From contig NMRA01000434.1 of assembly GCA_002633005.1 (NCBI GenBank), positions 89,874 through 153,873 on the forward strand: a stretch of DNA of 64,000 bases, in the 5' to 3' direction. The notes under the pieces were generated by a model. The model was not told where the DNA came from and did no database searches. It saw only the letters and a list, made by a program, of their open reading frames with translations. Every line of letters begins with the position of its first letter. Within the stretch, counting starts at the first letter, position 1. Made by a program: the position numbers and the translations under genes. This document shows, piece by piece, positions 27,134-39,522 of this stretch. Source of the stretch: Phoronis australis. Lineage: Eukaryota > Animalia > Phoronida.

Positions 27134-30100
27134 TAATAAGAGTTGAAAACATGTGTTTCTAGAACTTTAACAAGACAATGTTACTGTACTTCTGAAACTC
27201 GGCTGCATCAGGCGAAAGTTATTTCAGAGGATTTCATCAACAGTGCTGCCGTCAAATACATTCTGCAGTGATTGTAGGCTCATAAGCATCTGGCAACATC
27301 ACAGAGTAACTTTTGTACGTGTCATCTTAATAACCATTATTTCTGGTCGTGAGATTCACCTCAGTGATCTGATGGCAGGGGCATCAAGAATATCTCGCTC
27401 AAAAAATTACAAATCTATGCATTACTGCGATGCATTTTGAGGCCTATTTTCAGAATTATTTTTGTACGAGTAGAAACTTATAGTGGGACTGCACCAAGAA
27501 ATATTTTGCATTGGACATGGGCATTAAATTCTCGTGCCTGCAAATGACGCGTGCCATTTTCCAAGTCACCAAGTTAACCGAGATGTCACTAGAAGTTTAG
27601 GTGCTGTCATCCATCCCACAATGCATTTGAAAAACGAGATCAGTGCAGTAGAGTAAATTTTGAAGTTGATGACATCCACTAATTCATTTCGCATATGGCT
27701 CAGGATATGTGTTTGACTTGACTGGGACAAGGCAGTCTGTGACATGGAGTAGTGATCGCCTGTTGTGTCTTAACAACATGCTACACACCAACACTTCAGC
27801 TAAAAACCAACCAACATTAGACTACTATACTAGTAGAACACTTGGGCACTACCCACAAAGTTTCCTCAGACCTGTCTAGCCTGGTATATCATATTTGTGG
27901 ACCAATGGCAGCGTAACACTTGTGTAAATACTTGAATTGGTATAGTGTTTGCTACACAGATATTACCGTAGTATTGCAGAGCATCTTTCTACAATTATAC
28001 TAGTCAGTGGGTGGACCAACAGATTTAGATTTAAAGGTGAATAACATGTCGGACAAAAGCGTGTCACCCAATGTTTACGTTTTCACATACTTAAGTTGCG
28101 GCAAAGAAAAAAACACACCACATTGATTCAGTTTTTTTAAAAGCAGATTTTAGTGTTTTGTCTGATAATTTCTAGTGCAGGTGTTACTGAACTCAACATA
28201 TTGGCGTCTGCCAATTTTAGCTCCCTTAGAATCCTCAAGATGGGAACAACATGTGTTCTGACGGCACACAACGAAACAGATGGATAAACAACTTATATTT
28301 ACTACTTATTTTGAATCAGACACAATAGCTGTATAGTACAATCATGCTAGTAAAGAAGTATCCTTAGAGAGCTGTGCGACTGCATACATACGACCATCGA
28401 GAACGAATGCACGGAGTTCAAGACTCTGAACCGCCACTTTGACTTAGTGTTCATTAACAAAGCAAGTTGTAAGGTCATTAATAAACGACTTCAACTCCAA
28501 GCCAAATGTCGAAAAAACTATGCATTGCCAACCATTAAAAGCATAATATTTTCTGAAAGGAGTAAGATGGAGGATTCTAAAAATATGCTTCTTACTACTG
28601 TGTCCTTATTATTGTCACATGACCATGTTCTTTAAGTCAAACTTTCATATGCAAGAAAGGCAAATTCGTAGCAAAATATCCTTTCAGCCGATGTTACTAA
28701 AACTTTTTTCAAATGAATGGAATTTCTGATTGTTCTCTTAATTCGGGTTTATGCCAACTTAACTCGCAAAACACAAGTCATAACAGCATTTTTAAAACAT
28801 AATGTAAATTTTACATTAAGAAAAAGTTTGAGTAAAATGGGCTGGGAGTTGTTTACGAACGTACCTTTCTTGAAAATGAAAATTTGACTTAACAAAAACG
28901 CGGTCACATGAATGAATGAAAACGCCAAAATCACCAGCCCACCTCCCAATCTTCAGTATCAAGAAAATTAAATTTCAGTGATAGATTCAGTTTCATGAAA
29001 GCATGAAAATTTTGAGACATCCAGTTTCAGTTTCAGTACCACATTAGTTTGGAGACTTCTAGAATTGGGGAAGTTTTACCATACCAAAATGTTCTTGAGC
29101 ACAGCTAGAATAACAAACACTTCTCCTGTGTTCACAAAAACCTACAACAACAAATATCACAAACAATTTTCAGTTCTGTTTCCAGTACAAAGACTAGACC
29201 TGCATCCCAGATGTCATGCTATGAGTACAATACAAAAAGAATCAACACTCAGAATCTGTCAATTAATTGTAAAAGCAAGACAGACACACTTATCATATGA
29301 TTCAAAGTACAAGGTAAATGAGACAACTCATAGTGAGTGTGGACTGGTGCACATGCGACCAAATGTAGCAAACGAGGCTCCTCACCTATGATAGATACAA
29401 GTTGACCACTATGACACTATGCGCTGACGGAAGTCCTAAATATACCTTAATCAGCCACTCTCTTCAGGCATTCAATATCTATGTGACAAAGACTTCTTTG
29501 CAAAGCAGCTGCGTTTTTGAAATATGCAAATTTTTGCTCCCAAAAATATAACATTACGGGCTATAGTGCTACATCGGATTTCCCAACCAAATAAATTACG
29601 AACGCTTCTTTGGTTTTTGATTACAATAGGCACTTACAAAAGCACCAGGACTCATGACCGGCATCTTTTGTTTAGGGGTACGGGATTGAAGAGGTTTGTG
29701 GCAACATGTTTTACCACACTATATACACTTCAGATTATAAAAATTAGATCCAGCACTTTTTGGGTAGCTAAGAGGAAAAGAGAAATTAAACACACACTGT
29801 AAATGTGGATATGTCCCAATTTCTATTGTGTAACCTGTCTCCTAACAACACAATGGGGCGACATGTTTTGTGTACATCATTGTTTATCAGAATGATCTTA
29901 ATACCCCTAAAGAATGCCGTGAAATTCAATGGGGGAGCACCTCATGAAATTGGATTACCATTGAGTAATAACAGACAATTTCTGCAGTACCTAAACGGGT
30001 CATCCATCTGTGCTGCCACCTTGATCTCTGCCAGGCTGGCAGACCGGTGACCTCCCCATGCCCTCTGTATGTTTCCAATTGACCTCGAGCACATTGACTG

Positions 30101-30722
30101 CAGTGGTGTTGAGTCCCCAATTGCATTGATGGATCTAATAGGATTGCAGTAGAATTTGTTCGTAATAGAAGGCCTTGACCTCCAACTGCCTCCAACGGTG
30201 CCTATATCTACACTCAAAAGATACAGATACTAAAATGTACCCGGCCTTTGATAGTTTAGCGAGGCTTAAGTGCAATTTGCTGTAAATTTTTCCATGTACA
30301 GGCTTGATTAAGATATGCTGATCGTCAACACCTTGTTAATTATGTCCCCAGCTCAGGTAAACTCACACCACTGAATTCCTATTTTTAAAGACACACGCTC
30401 TGTATAATGCCCACCCCCATTTTTGAGTTCCCAAATTCAAACGCTTTGGGCTTTAACACAGAAGAATACAATTGTTCAGGCACATGCTCCACCATGTCGT
30501 GCTCAAAGTCAAACAGAACAGGTGAACAGAATCCATTAGTAAAATGGTCATACAGGGTGAAAACGTCATTCAGTCTTAGTTCGGTAATTAAGTTGTTTTG
30601 AGGTCCATCAGATGAGTTTGGAGTTAACCACAAAACAGGCAGTGATATCATAGTTCTCACAACGACCACAACGGTACAGAAGTATTTGTCAAAAATTGTA
30701 AATAGATTTCAAAGGTTAAGTT

Positions 30723-30780
30723 GAGGAGGCAGTGCGGCCTAGTAGTGTGAAGGTAGCCCGTTTTCGTTACTCAAGGTCGT
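30723..30780 (+). mobile_element. 5' head fragment of the same SINE family
   Basis: GAGGAGGCAGTGCGGCCTAG...TTACTCAAGGTCGT aligns with 13319-13373 and stops just before the B-box. Confidence 0.7.
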
Positions 30781-31972
30781 CGTATTAACCAAAGCTACGG
30801 TGTAATAGAACACTAATAGCAAAGCGTCATCGAAGTTATCGGTAGAGGTCACAGCAATGATATACGATCATGCCGCAAAACGTGTTCTTTGTTATTGTAG
30901 CTCAACAGGCGGATGAAAATAAATAAAAGAAAGTATATCTGATGAAGAATGACAGTGATCATTTTCATAAACACTCGTAAATGGCAGGCGAACAATTTTC
31001 AGTTAGCCTCGAACCCATTACTCATTATCCGTTTGAGATGACGTATGCATTGCAATAATTAAGATATCATTATAAAGTGGAAAAGGTTAGCGAAGTTTTG
31101 GCAAAGCTTCTGTAAATCTACTAAGTTCACCAAACGGGAAAGTGTTTTAGGGAGTTAGTCAGCACGAACGATTAACTGGATTAAATTTAACAGCACCAGT
31201 CAACTTCTGTCTTATCAAAGTTATCGCCAGGGGTCACTGCTATCGTCAAAAACTAAAGGGCAGCATCGTCGCTAATAATTTGCTCACATTTTGCTCGAAT
31301 AATCACCAATAAAATTTAGACACAAGTTCTATGTCGATTATCACACGTATATGTTCTCAACAAATCTTAGCATGGACATGATGCACCAATGCTACCTCGC
31401 GATTACTTGGATGACGATATTAACTTGGACGTCGTTAACTACCAAAGCTAGTATTAACGGTTCAATTAGCTTATTAGTTTACATCGACGCTTTGCTCATA
31501 CCGGAGTTCAAAGGGCCTTCACTGCCTGCTGAAGAGGTGAAGAATTACTGTAATCTGGGTTGTGTTCAGGAAGCAACTTTTGATCACAACAAAGGAAGAA
31601 ATCCAACTTATGCTACACAATGCTAGCCCAGATAGCATTCAAAGTATTGGCTCTAGGTCATGTTGAACTGCGGATCCAGCATTTTATCCAAGGATTCCAT
31701 AAAGGCCATGGGTACATGAGATTCCTCCATTACAGCCATGCAAAAGTGACCGAGCAGGGGGTCCACCCCCCTCGACCCCCTCTGGACCAGTGCATAACAT
31801 TTGAGGAACTAGGACAAATTAACATTGGCAACAACCATGGATAAAAACAACGGTTTATTTTAAGGCCAGACTGATCTGTGATGTCATCAGCTGTGATCAG
31901 GAAAAATCTGAAAAACCTAAATAACAACGAAACCGCTTGGGGGAGTGACACTTGGCGAAATTATCTGAAAAA

Positions 31973-32038
31973 ATGACGATGGAGATGATGACGATGATTA
32001 TGATGATGATGGTGGCGATGATGAACATGATGATGACA
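31973..32038. repeat. Degenerate (GAT)n microsatellite
   Basis: ATGACGATGGAGATGATGACGATGATTATGATGATGATGGT... Confidence 0.85.
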
Positions 32039-32849
32039 ACATTTACATGACGAACGAATATGTCAGAAATCAGTAAAAAAGGCGACAGTTCAATAAAAGG
32101 TAAGCCAACAACAGTGCAGCAAAATCCGTCAACAAAGAAACAGTGTTATCAGAAAATCTCAAATAATTCGAAAAGTAGACGTCCTAGCGAAAAATGGAAA
32201 ATATCCTCTGAAAACCCATTCAAAACTCTATCTAACAGGTTAGTTTCACAGAACTCCGTAAAATTTTCGAAAAATTTGAAATTTTGCGGTTCTTTTTTTA
32301 AATTGAAATGCAAATAACTAAAAAACAGTAAGTTTGAGAAAAAATTGCTACAGGTCCTCTGAAAGAGTACATCTCAGAGAATCTACATGCAAAATATCAC
32401 ATCATTTTCTCTTCCCGTTTAAAATGCCAGCCCAGCAAAATTGAAAATAGGTGAAAATGCGCCAGAACCGCCATCTTGAAAGCAACTTCCGGTTACCCAG
32501 TAATTAATAATAGCTTGTTACAAGAAGCAACAAACTTTGTGTCAAAGCAATATACTTGGTGAAATTTATTTCATTAATTTCCTTAAAGTCCTTCTGGTTC
32601 CAGTATCCGAAAATACTTACTACATGAAATGTTATTTTCGACACCCTTTCTTTATATTCTTTTCGCCTTTCTTGCCAAAAGTGATTTTTGAACAGTATTT
32701 GACCCTTCTCTCTGAGCGTATGATTACCGGTTGACATCGGTTATTTCCGTACCCACATTTCCGGCTCATCAGTTCAGGAACTATTGTCCTGAAAGCCGCC
32801 ATTTTTTCCTTGTAACTGAATATGCTATCGCTTGCTCGAAAAGTCTTCA

Positions 32850-34090
32850 TTATTACTCTGCGCGTGTAAGCGCAGAGTACTGTTGGTCCTGGGTTTTCTT
32901 CAATTTTATTCTTATTCTTATTCTTCTTATTCTTCTTCCGACCAACTTTGAGGCTTAATAACTCCAAATTGGGTGCAGGTATGGTCTTTAAATTCAGCAT
33001 ATCACTTTTGACAGTATATAAATTTTGATAGGTTATATAATCATATTCCATGTTGCACCGAAAGAGGTCGTTTGGTGCAAAGGTCATATAATTTTCAAAA
33101 TGCTACTCCTCCTTCAATTTTAAAGCCATCTTTTTCAAATTCGATGCACAGGTACAAGTGTACATGACAATTTAAAAAATCACTTTTCTAAGTAATCGGG
33201 TCATCCAATCAGGTGAAATAGGTCAAAGGTCATTAGGTGCAAACCAAAATTTTGAGCTAGACACTTCAAATTGACAGGTCTGATTGCCACAGGTAAATCA
33301 AATCGGAATCCAAAGTTTCAGGTCATTTAGTGCAAACATGGGGTCATTAGGTGCATTTTTCTTCTGAAAATTTGACCTTTTCAATCAGCAAGTATTCTGA
33401 TGTGTCAACCGTCAGACAACTGTAATTCTCAGCATTAAACACATTTTTCATGGGCTTTGCATTAATTCTCCTAGAGATGTTTATAATGCACCGGATAGGG
33501 TCACTTAGTGCAAAGGTCATGTAACGTTCAAAATGTTATATCTCCTATGTTTTTCAAGGAATTCTTTTCAATTTCAGCCAACATGCCAATTAAATACCCT
33601 ACTTTACTTCGCAATAGGCCTAACCAATCAGAAAAAATAGGTCAAAGGTCATTGAGTGCAAAGTAAAATTTTGAGCTAGAGACTTCAGAATTACGTATCT
33701 GTTTACTAAGTGCGATTGAGTATGAATTCTAAATTTTCAGGTCATTTGGTGCACTCATGGGGTCATTAGGTGCATTTTTCTTCTGAAAGTTTGACCAATT
33801 CATTCATCTTGTATTCTGAAGTACTTAAAGTAAAACATCTGGGATTATTAGCATTAACCACACTTTTAATCGAGTTAACAATTACTCCCTCATCGGGGCT
33901 CATAATGCACCGGAAGAGGTCAATTAGTGGAGAGGTCATCAAAAAATTAATATGTAATTTCTCCTACAATTTTAAAGAATTTCTTTTCATATTGGTAAAC
34001 GGGTTGCTGTCAGTAACTTCCCATAATAATTCCAGTAATACGCACGTGCAGAGTCCGTTATTGTCACGCCGTGACAACAATCTTTCTAGT
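32850..34090 (+). mobile_element. Non-autonomous Helentron-associated element (HINE/DINE-1-like)
   Basis: 5' subTIR ACTCTGCGCGTG (32855-32866) with adjacent inverted copy GCGCAGAGT; (ATTCTT)n microsatellite; ~2.2 internal tandem units of ~420-435 bp rich in AGGTCA; 3' subTIR CACGTGCAGAGT (34043-34054, 11/12 match); hairpin TTGTCACG-C-CGTGACAA (34061-34077); CTAG-TT end. Confidence 0.8.
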
Positions 34091-35999
34091 TGTTAGTAAT
34101 AACTCGTGATTCGTTTGCATATGTAGTGTATTTATAGTTTGTAGTTAGTGGTCGTTGATGTTCTTTGGAATGTTACGCGTACTTAGTATGTTAAAATAGC
34201 ACTGGTGTTTAGTTCCTTACGTAGGCTGGTCGAACCTAGGAACCAATATGGGTTGAACCTATTTTTTTCGGTTTTATTTTTTTCTCGTGTTGAAAAAGTA
34301 CTTTGCTATCATCGGAAAGGTAGTGCATTCTACTAAGTAAAAATTGAAAAAGTATCAAAATCGGGGCAAGCAGTGTAAAGTTATTGCAAGTTTTGTGGCG
34401 AAATTTGGGTCACTTTGTTTGGATCGTGTCGGGCATATTGGAGGACAGCGGGATAAGTTACGAGTTTAAAACTTTGTGTAAATTGTTTTCGCCAACAAAT
34501 TGCGGTGAAATTTAGTTAGACATATCTTTACTTACTATTCTACACGATTTAACAGAGTTCACCAAATTTCAGCCACGCAGTTGTTACTCATCAAGTGATA
34601 AATGTGCTCACAATTCCCGTTGGACTTCGTCTCATTTCTGGCGGCACCGACAACATGGCGACTTTTGCTGAACTGAAAGGCGTGTTCAATCATCTACTTT
34701 GTAATTTGTGAAGATTTAACGTTGATACAATTTGACAAACGTTGCTACAAAAAAGAAACTTTGTTCAATTTTTGTGTTTTTTGTGCAAAAATATAAGATG
34801 TATTCGGATTATTTTACTGTAAATTTCCCATTCAGGTGATCTTACACTAAGCTAAAAAAATAGTTGAAATAATTTTGAAATGGTTTTTTGTTTGACTGTC
34901 AACTGCTGTTCAAGACTTGATTCGGTATCACAAAATGATTCATATTTTTCTAAATTTTAAGTCTCAATTGCTTTCATCCATGTTTTGTAACTTATTGCTT
35001 CTTAATTCAGGTTATCAAGTCAACAATATGAATAATCTTAATTTGAGAAATAAGCTATGTTGGATTGTGAAGCTTCAAGCCTCTAATTCTTGTTCCTTGC
35101 AACTTCATATTTTTTTAAATGATGCTTGTCAAATTCTGGTGTATGGAAACACTATTCTGTCACCATGGTAATAGTTACATGTATGTCCACTTTCATATCA
35201 TGGAAACTGTTGCTGTTGAATAGCGTTTGTAATGCTAAATGTTGTAAAGTATTGTGCATTTTAAGTTACTTATTATGTTAAAAGTTTGAATCATTTTGGG
35301 TTAATGAATAAAAAATGATAACATGTTGTATTGGACTTGTCATACTTATGTGCTCGAATGAGCCCCCTTTTTGGAGAACTGGAAAAAGGTCTGCCTCATG
35401 CAATCACAGAAGCACAAATTCCGAAAAAAGTAGAAAATGAGACAATATTCCACTAGAAGACAGGGAGTACCAAAATTTAGAGTCTGCAATTCATAGCTCT
35501 GAACATACCCACTGAATCTTATAGTAAAAGATAGACATTCCCAAAAATTCCAGCCCCCCCCCATTCTTTTAAGCTTGATGCGCTCATACAAAGTCTGGGA
35601 AATCTCTATTGAAAGCCAACAACTTTGCATAGATCGCCAGAAGTACCCAAGTTCTAAATAAACCTCGTTTGAGTGAGCGCTGTGGCCAGCGACCAGTTAG
35701 GCCTAAGGGTAGCCTATGGCGCAAAACTGTATAGGCCTACTAACAAGCTGTATTTTGATGATAGTCTTCACTGGTAGCTGGAGACAGAGGCTAACTAAGG
35801 TCTACTGCGGCAGTGTGACACAGCACTAACCAGCCCGTAAGTTCATGCAAGAGTCTGAAACTACCCTTGAATACATGCAGGATTTATGATTTGACCATTT
35901 TACTTCGACAAAACAGCTTTGCAACCGCATGCATTTACCATTCGCCAGTGTCTGGTCTCGATCTGCACCGGGTCCGATAGGCTGCGGTCCCGAGTCTGG

Positions 36000-36293
36000 C
36001 AAAATAATTTCTGTCAAAATTTATTCGCCACATTTCTTCAGCAAATTTGATAAAATCGTCCGTATTTTGATTTTATTAAAATCAAGGGACGCTGTCGATT
36101 ATTTTATCCCCGTTTGCTGGCTGGTAACAGTACAGGCTCTGCTCCAGTCGCACTGACGGCATTTTCTCGGTCTGGGTTCCTGAATGAATTGTACTTCCGG
36201 GTTCGCGGCAAGTTCAAAATGGCGGTGGTTCTTCGAGTGCGAATTGTGAGTGGCGCGTTCATTTAAACTTTTTTCAAGTACGGATCGTGTATT
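36000..36293 (+). repeat. Interspersed repeat (~290 bp), copy 2
   Basis: Diverged direct copy of 26843-27133. Confidence 0.85.
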
Positions 36294-39200
36294 AGGTATG
36301 GGGTAGGTACTTCTTGGATCCTTATAACGTCCTCTAACCATGTAATAAGGGTTAACAACGAGTGAGAGAAGGACTTTAAGTAATAATAAGATAAACAGAA
36401 CTTCTGAAACCAGCTGTCTTGACAAAAAAACCTCAGACTGACAGACATTCAAAGTGAGGAAATACCACTTAACAACTGTAAGGCAAACTGCCATACCTCT
36501 CATCGGAAAAAGAAAACTGTTAAGTTTTTTTTTTACATCAGCACATGCCCACTTTGCTACATACATGTAGGCGCTCTTAAAACACCTGTTAAACGTATTT
36601 GATGTATTGACCAGAAAAATAATGTTATTAGCATGTGCTGTATCAATGATAATAGTACTTCCAAGAACAGATTAAGCATATGTAGGACCTTACTTTTAAA
36701 TTTTTAATTTTTTGCAGCATTGATACCTGAGTGATTGATTCTTTCATCTCCATTTCTAGTTAAATTTTAAATCAGCATATTGGCTGCTTATGATAGAAAA
36801 TAAAAATGATTTCCCATACCCAACTCACCACTTGGAAATTTGTTTTACTACTTATCCAAGTTCAAAGGTTACAGAGCTGTCACTCAAATCGAATCTCCGG
36901 CAAGGCACAGAGCAGCTCCTCATGTACCCTTCAGTCCTTTCATTCACCAAGTCTCCAGGTGTACATAGAGCATAGAAAGCTGCCAGGGAAAATGAAAACA
37001 AAACGTAGTAGTGCTCACAACCTGCTTTAACTACTGACTTCATTTCTATTGTCTAATTCATAATTGGTTTCCTGATATCAGCCTCCCTGGTGCGTGGTTC
37101 ACATGTTGTGCATCACAATGAACTGTTGACCTACTTACTGGTGACTACACCTTGACCTAGTTTAACTCAAGGCACTGAGACCTGTCTTGCAAAACTGAAT
37201 ATTTTAGAGATAATCAAGTTGCAAATTCAGTTGAAATAAAAAATTCAGATGTCCACCTTACTGTAGCCTAAAATGGGAAGATTTTATTATGGCAACTTAT
37301 AATGACTACATTTATGACAACATTTCGTAAATATTCTATTTTCGATATCCAAGTATAAATTGCAAGTCCAATTCAGACTATAGAACATCAGCAAAGAAGA
37401 AAAAATATTGAATTGAAGATGTTTCAAGAGAACCTTTTGACAGAGATTCCTATCAATGGATTATAATCTGAGGGCAGTGAGGTTCAAAATATAATAAACA
37501 ATGTCAAGCACTGAGCAGGAAACTGCAGGAAGGGTGAATAAATCAACTGGTGGCGCCACTATTTGACATCAGAAGTAAACAGTGCAACAGACTTCTTGGA
37601 AAGGAAGGAAGGTTTGCTTTTCCAGCAACTGAGCAAATTTTAGAACATTACGGGAACTTCCAAAAAAATCTGATAGTTTTCAACTACCATGAAAAGCAGA
37701 TGAGTAAGAGTTTATAAACCATGAGTTAAATCTGTCTTATTGACTGTCAAGAGATGGCAGTGTTTAGACCTCAAGTTTGGCACTGTTCCCAAACAAGTAA
37801 GTTGCAGTACACCTACCCCATGCAGCAGTGACACCTATTGCTCAGAACCCACAAGAATCTTTCATTTCAACACCAAGTCTATGGAAAAGCACTGCCTTGC
37901 TTACAACCTATGGAATGGTAAGTTCATAGTTTTCAACTTTTATTGCGCTCCTAGTGACCATGCCTTCTTTGGGAGGTGTATGTCCTGGTTATGAAAGGCA
38001 GATGTCTGGCACATTCGAAAAGGTTCACTTGAACCACAAAGACTGATTGATTTCCCTTGGCATTGGAATTGTGTACTTATGAACTAAATTTGCACAGAAA
38101 TGAGTCTTCATGAGCAATACTTCGACAGATGATTTAACTTCATAGTACACTACTAAACATTGAGATCCATTTTACATATGAATGTGATTATTTAACAAAA
38201 AGAAGATTTTTCCTGAAGTCTTTGAAAAGTCTTACAGTAATACAACTTTGTAGACCTCTCTTACTATCATGTTGTGAAATGTGAATCACGACAAAAATTA
38301 ACGACACAAATGTAGAGCAGACATAAGTTACAGCCAGAAAACGATGCTTTCAAGAAAGTTATGGCACTTATCTCGCTTCGGCGAAATTATGACGAAAACC
38401 AAGACCAAGACCTGAAAATTGACAAATACAATCGTGGTTGATATTGAGGTTGCCAGAAATTAAGAAAACTAAAATTACCAATTGGGGGACATTGCAGCAG
38501 ACTATTCCATCCAATAATTGACCAGTCATTCTCACCTCAATGTCAGCAAGGTTCTAATCAATTGTTCGACAGGCACAGCAAAATCTGACACAAAAATACT
38601 AGATTTGCAATTAGGGGACACGGCAATAGTTGTCTCGATTGAAAAATTTATAGGCATCATCCTCTTGATAAAAACTTGTTAGCAAAAGTCAGAGCAATCC
38701 GAAAGGCATTGCCATTCACCATCATGTTCCTAGAAACGCATGTCAAACTTCAAAAAGATTCTGCAAGGGGAGAGACGGGAGCATTGGAGAGAGATATTTG
38801 ACTTTAGTTTAAATCACAGCCCTACCTTGTGATAACTCCGCTGATCCTTGACAATAACTTTGGTGCAGGGAACGCAAGCTTATGGGGAAGCTCAGGGTAA
38901 CTTAGCAGCTTCCATGGCACACCACCAATAGCAACACACTGACACACCACTAATAGCTCATCACTGACAGTGGATTTAACCCAGCGGGAACAGGATTAAA
39001 AGTCACTGAGGTACTCTTCTGGATATTTTGACTAATAAAATGTTTGTTTTAATAACCTTGGTGATTAACTGAGCAGAGAGAACTAAAAGCACATTCAAGA
39101 AAGAAGAATAATGTGGTCACGCGCTCCATTAGTAATACAAGATGATATGTCTCCTGAAGACTTGAGTGAAAAACTATCCTTACTGAAATCACACACATTC

Positions 39201-39457
39201 CTTTATACTTAAAACGTTCTTAATGGAAATGAACCCCTAGTCACACCCTCCCCCCAGCATGGTTACAGTATCCATTCAGTACAGGGAGAAGGTGACATTA
39301 CAATTAACATAGGGACGGACGCGTGGTGTCCTGGGTGGCAGTAACTAGGAAGATGGGTATGTTCCTCAAAACTGAACACTAATTAAGTGAAATTCTTTAA
39401 TATTCCAATTACTAGTACATTAAAAATCATAGCCTAGTCGAGTACCATACTTAACCA

Positions 39458-39522
39458 CCCACATGCGAGGCCTGCGCACGTCTGATACAATGTGTATCAG
39501 ACCGCCTGCAATTATTTTTTTT
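39458..39522 (+). mobile_element. 3' tail fragment (5'-truncated copy) of the same SINE family or its partner LINE
   Basis: CCCACATGCGAGGCCTGCGCACGTCTG...GACCGCCTGCAATTATTTTTT is near-identical to 13495-13557. Confidence 0.8.

Noticed and set aside
30385-30669. 94-aa minus ORF with protein-like composition
   Set aside because: No clear acceptor/donor pair or family match; insufficient support.
30939-30972. CTGATGA followed by a hairpin (canonical hammerhead core)
   Set aside because: The hairpin is followed by TCATAAA rather than GAAA, so the core is incomplete.
32632-33087. 151-aa Lys/Asn-rich ORF
   Set aside because: Crosses the HINE boundary and its microsatellite; no protein-like features.
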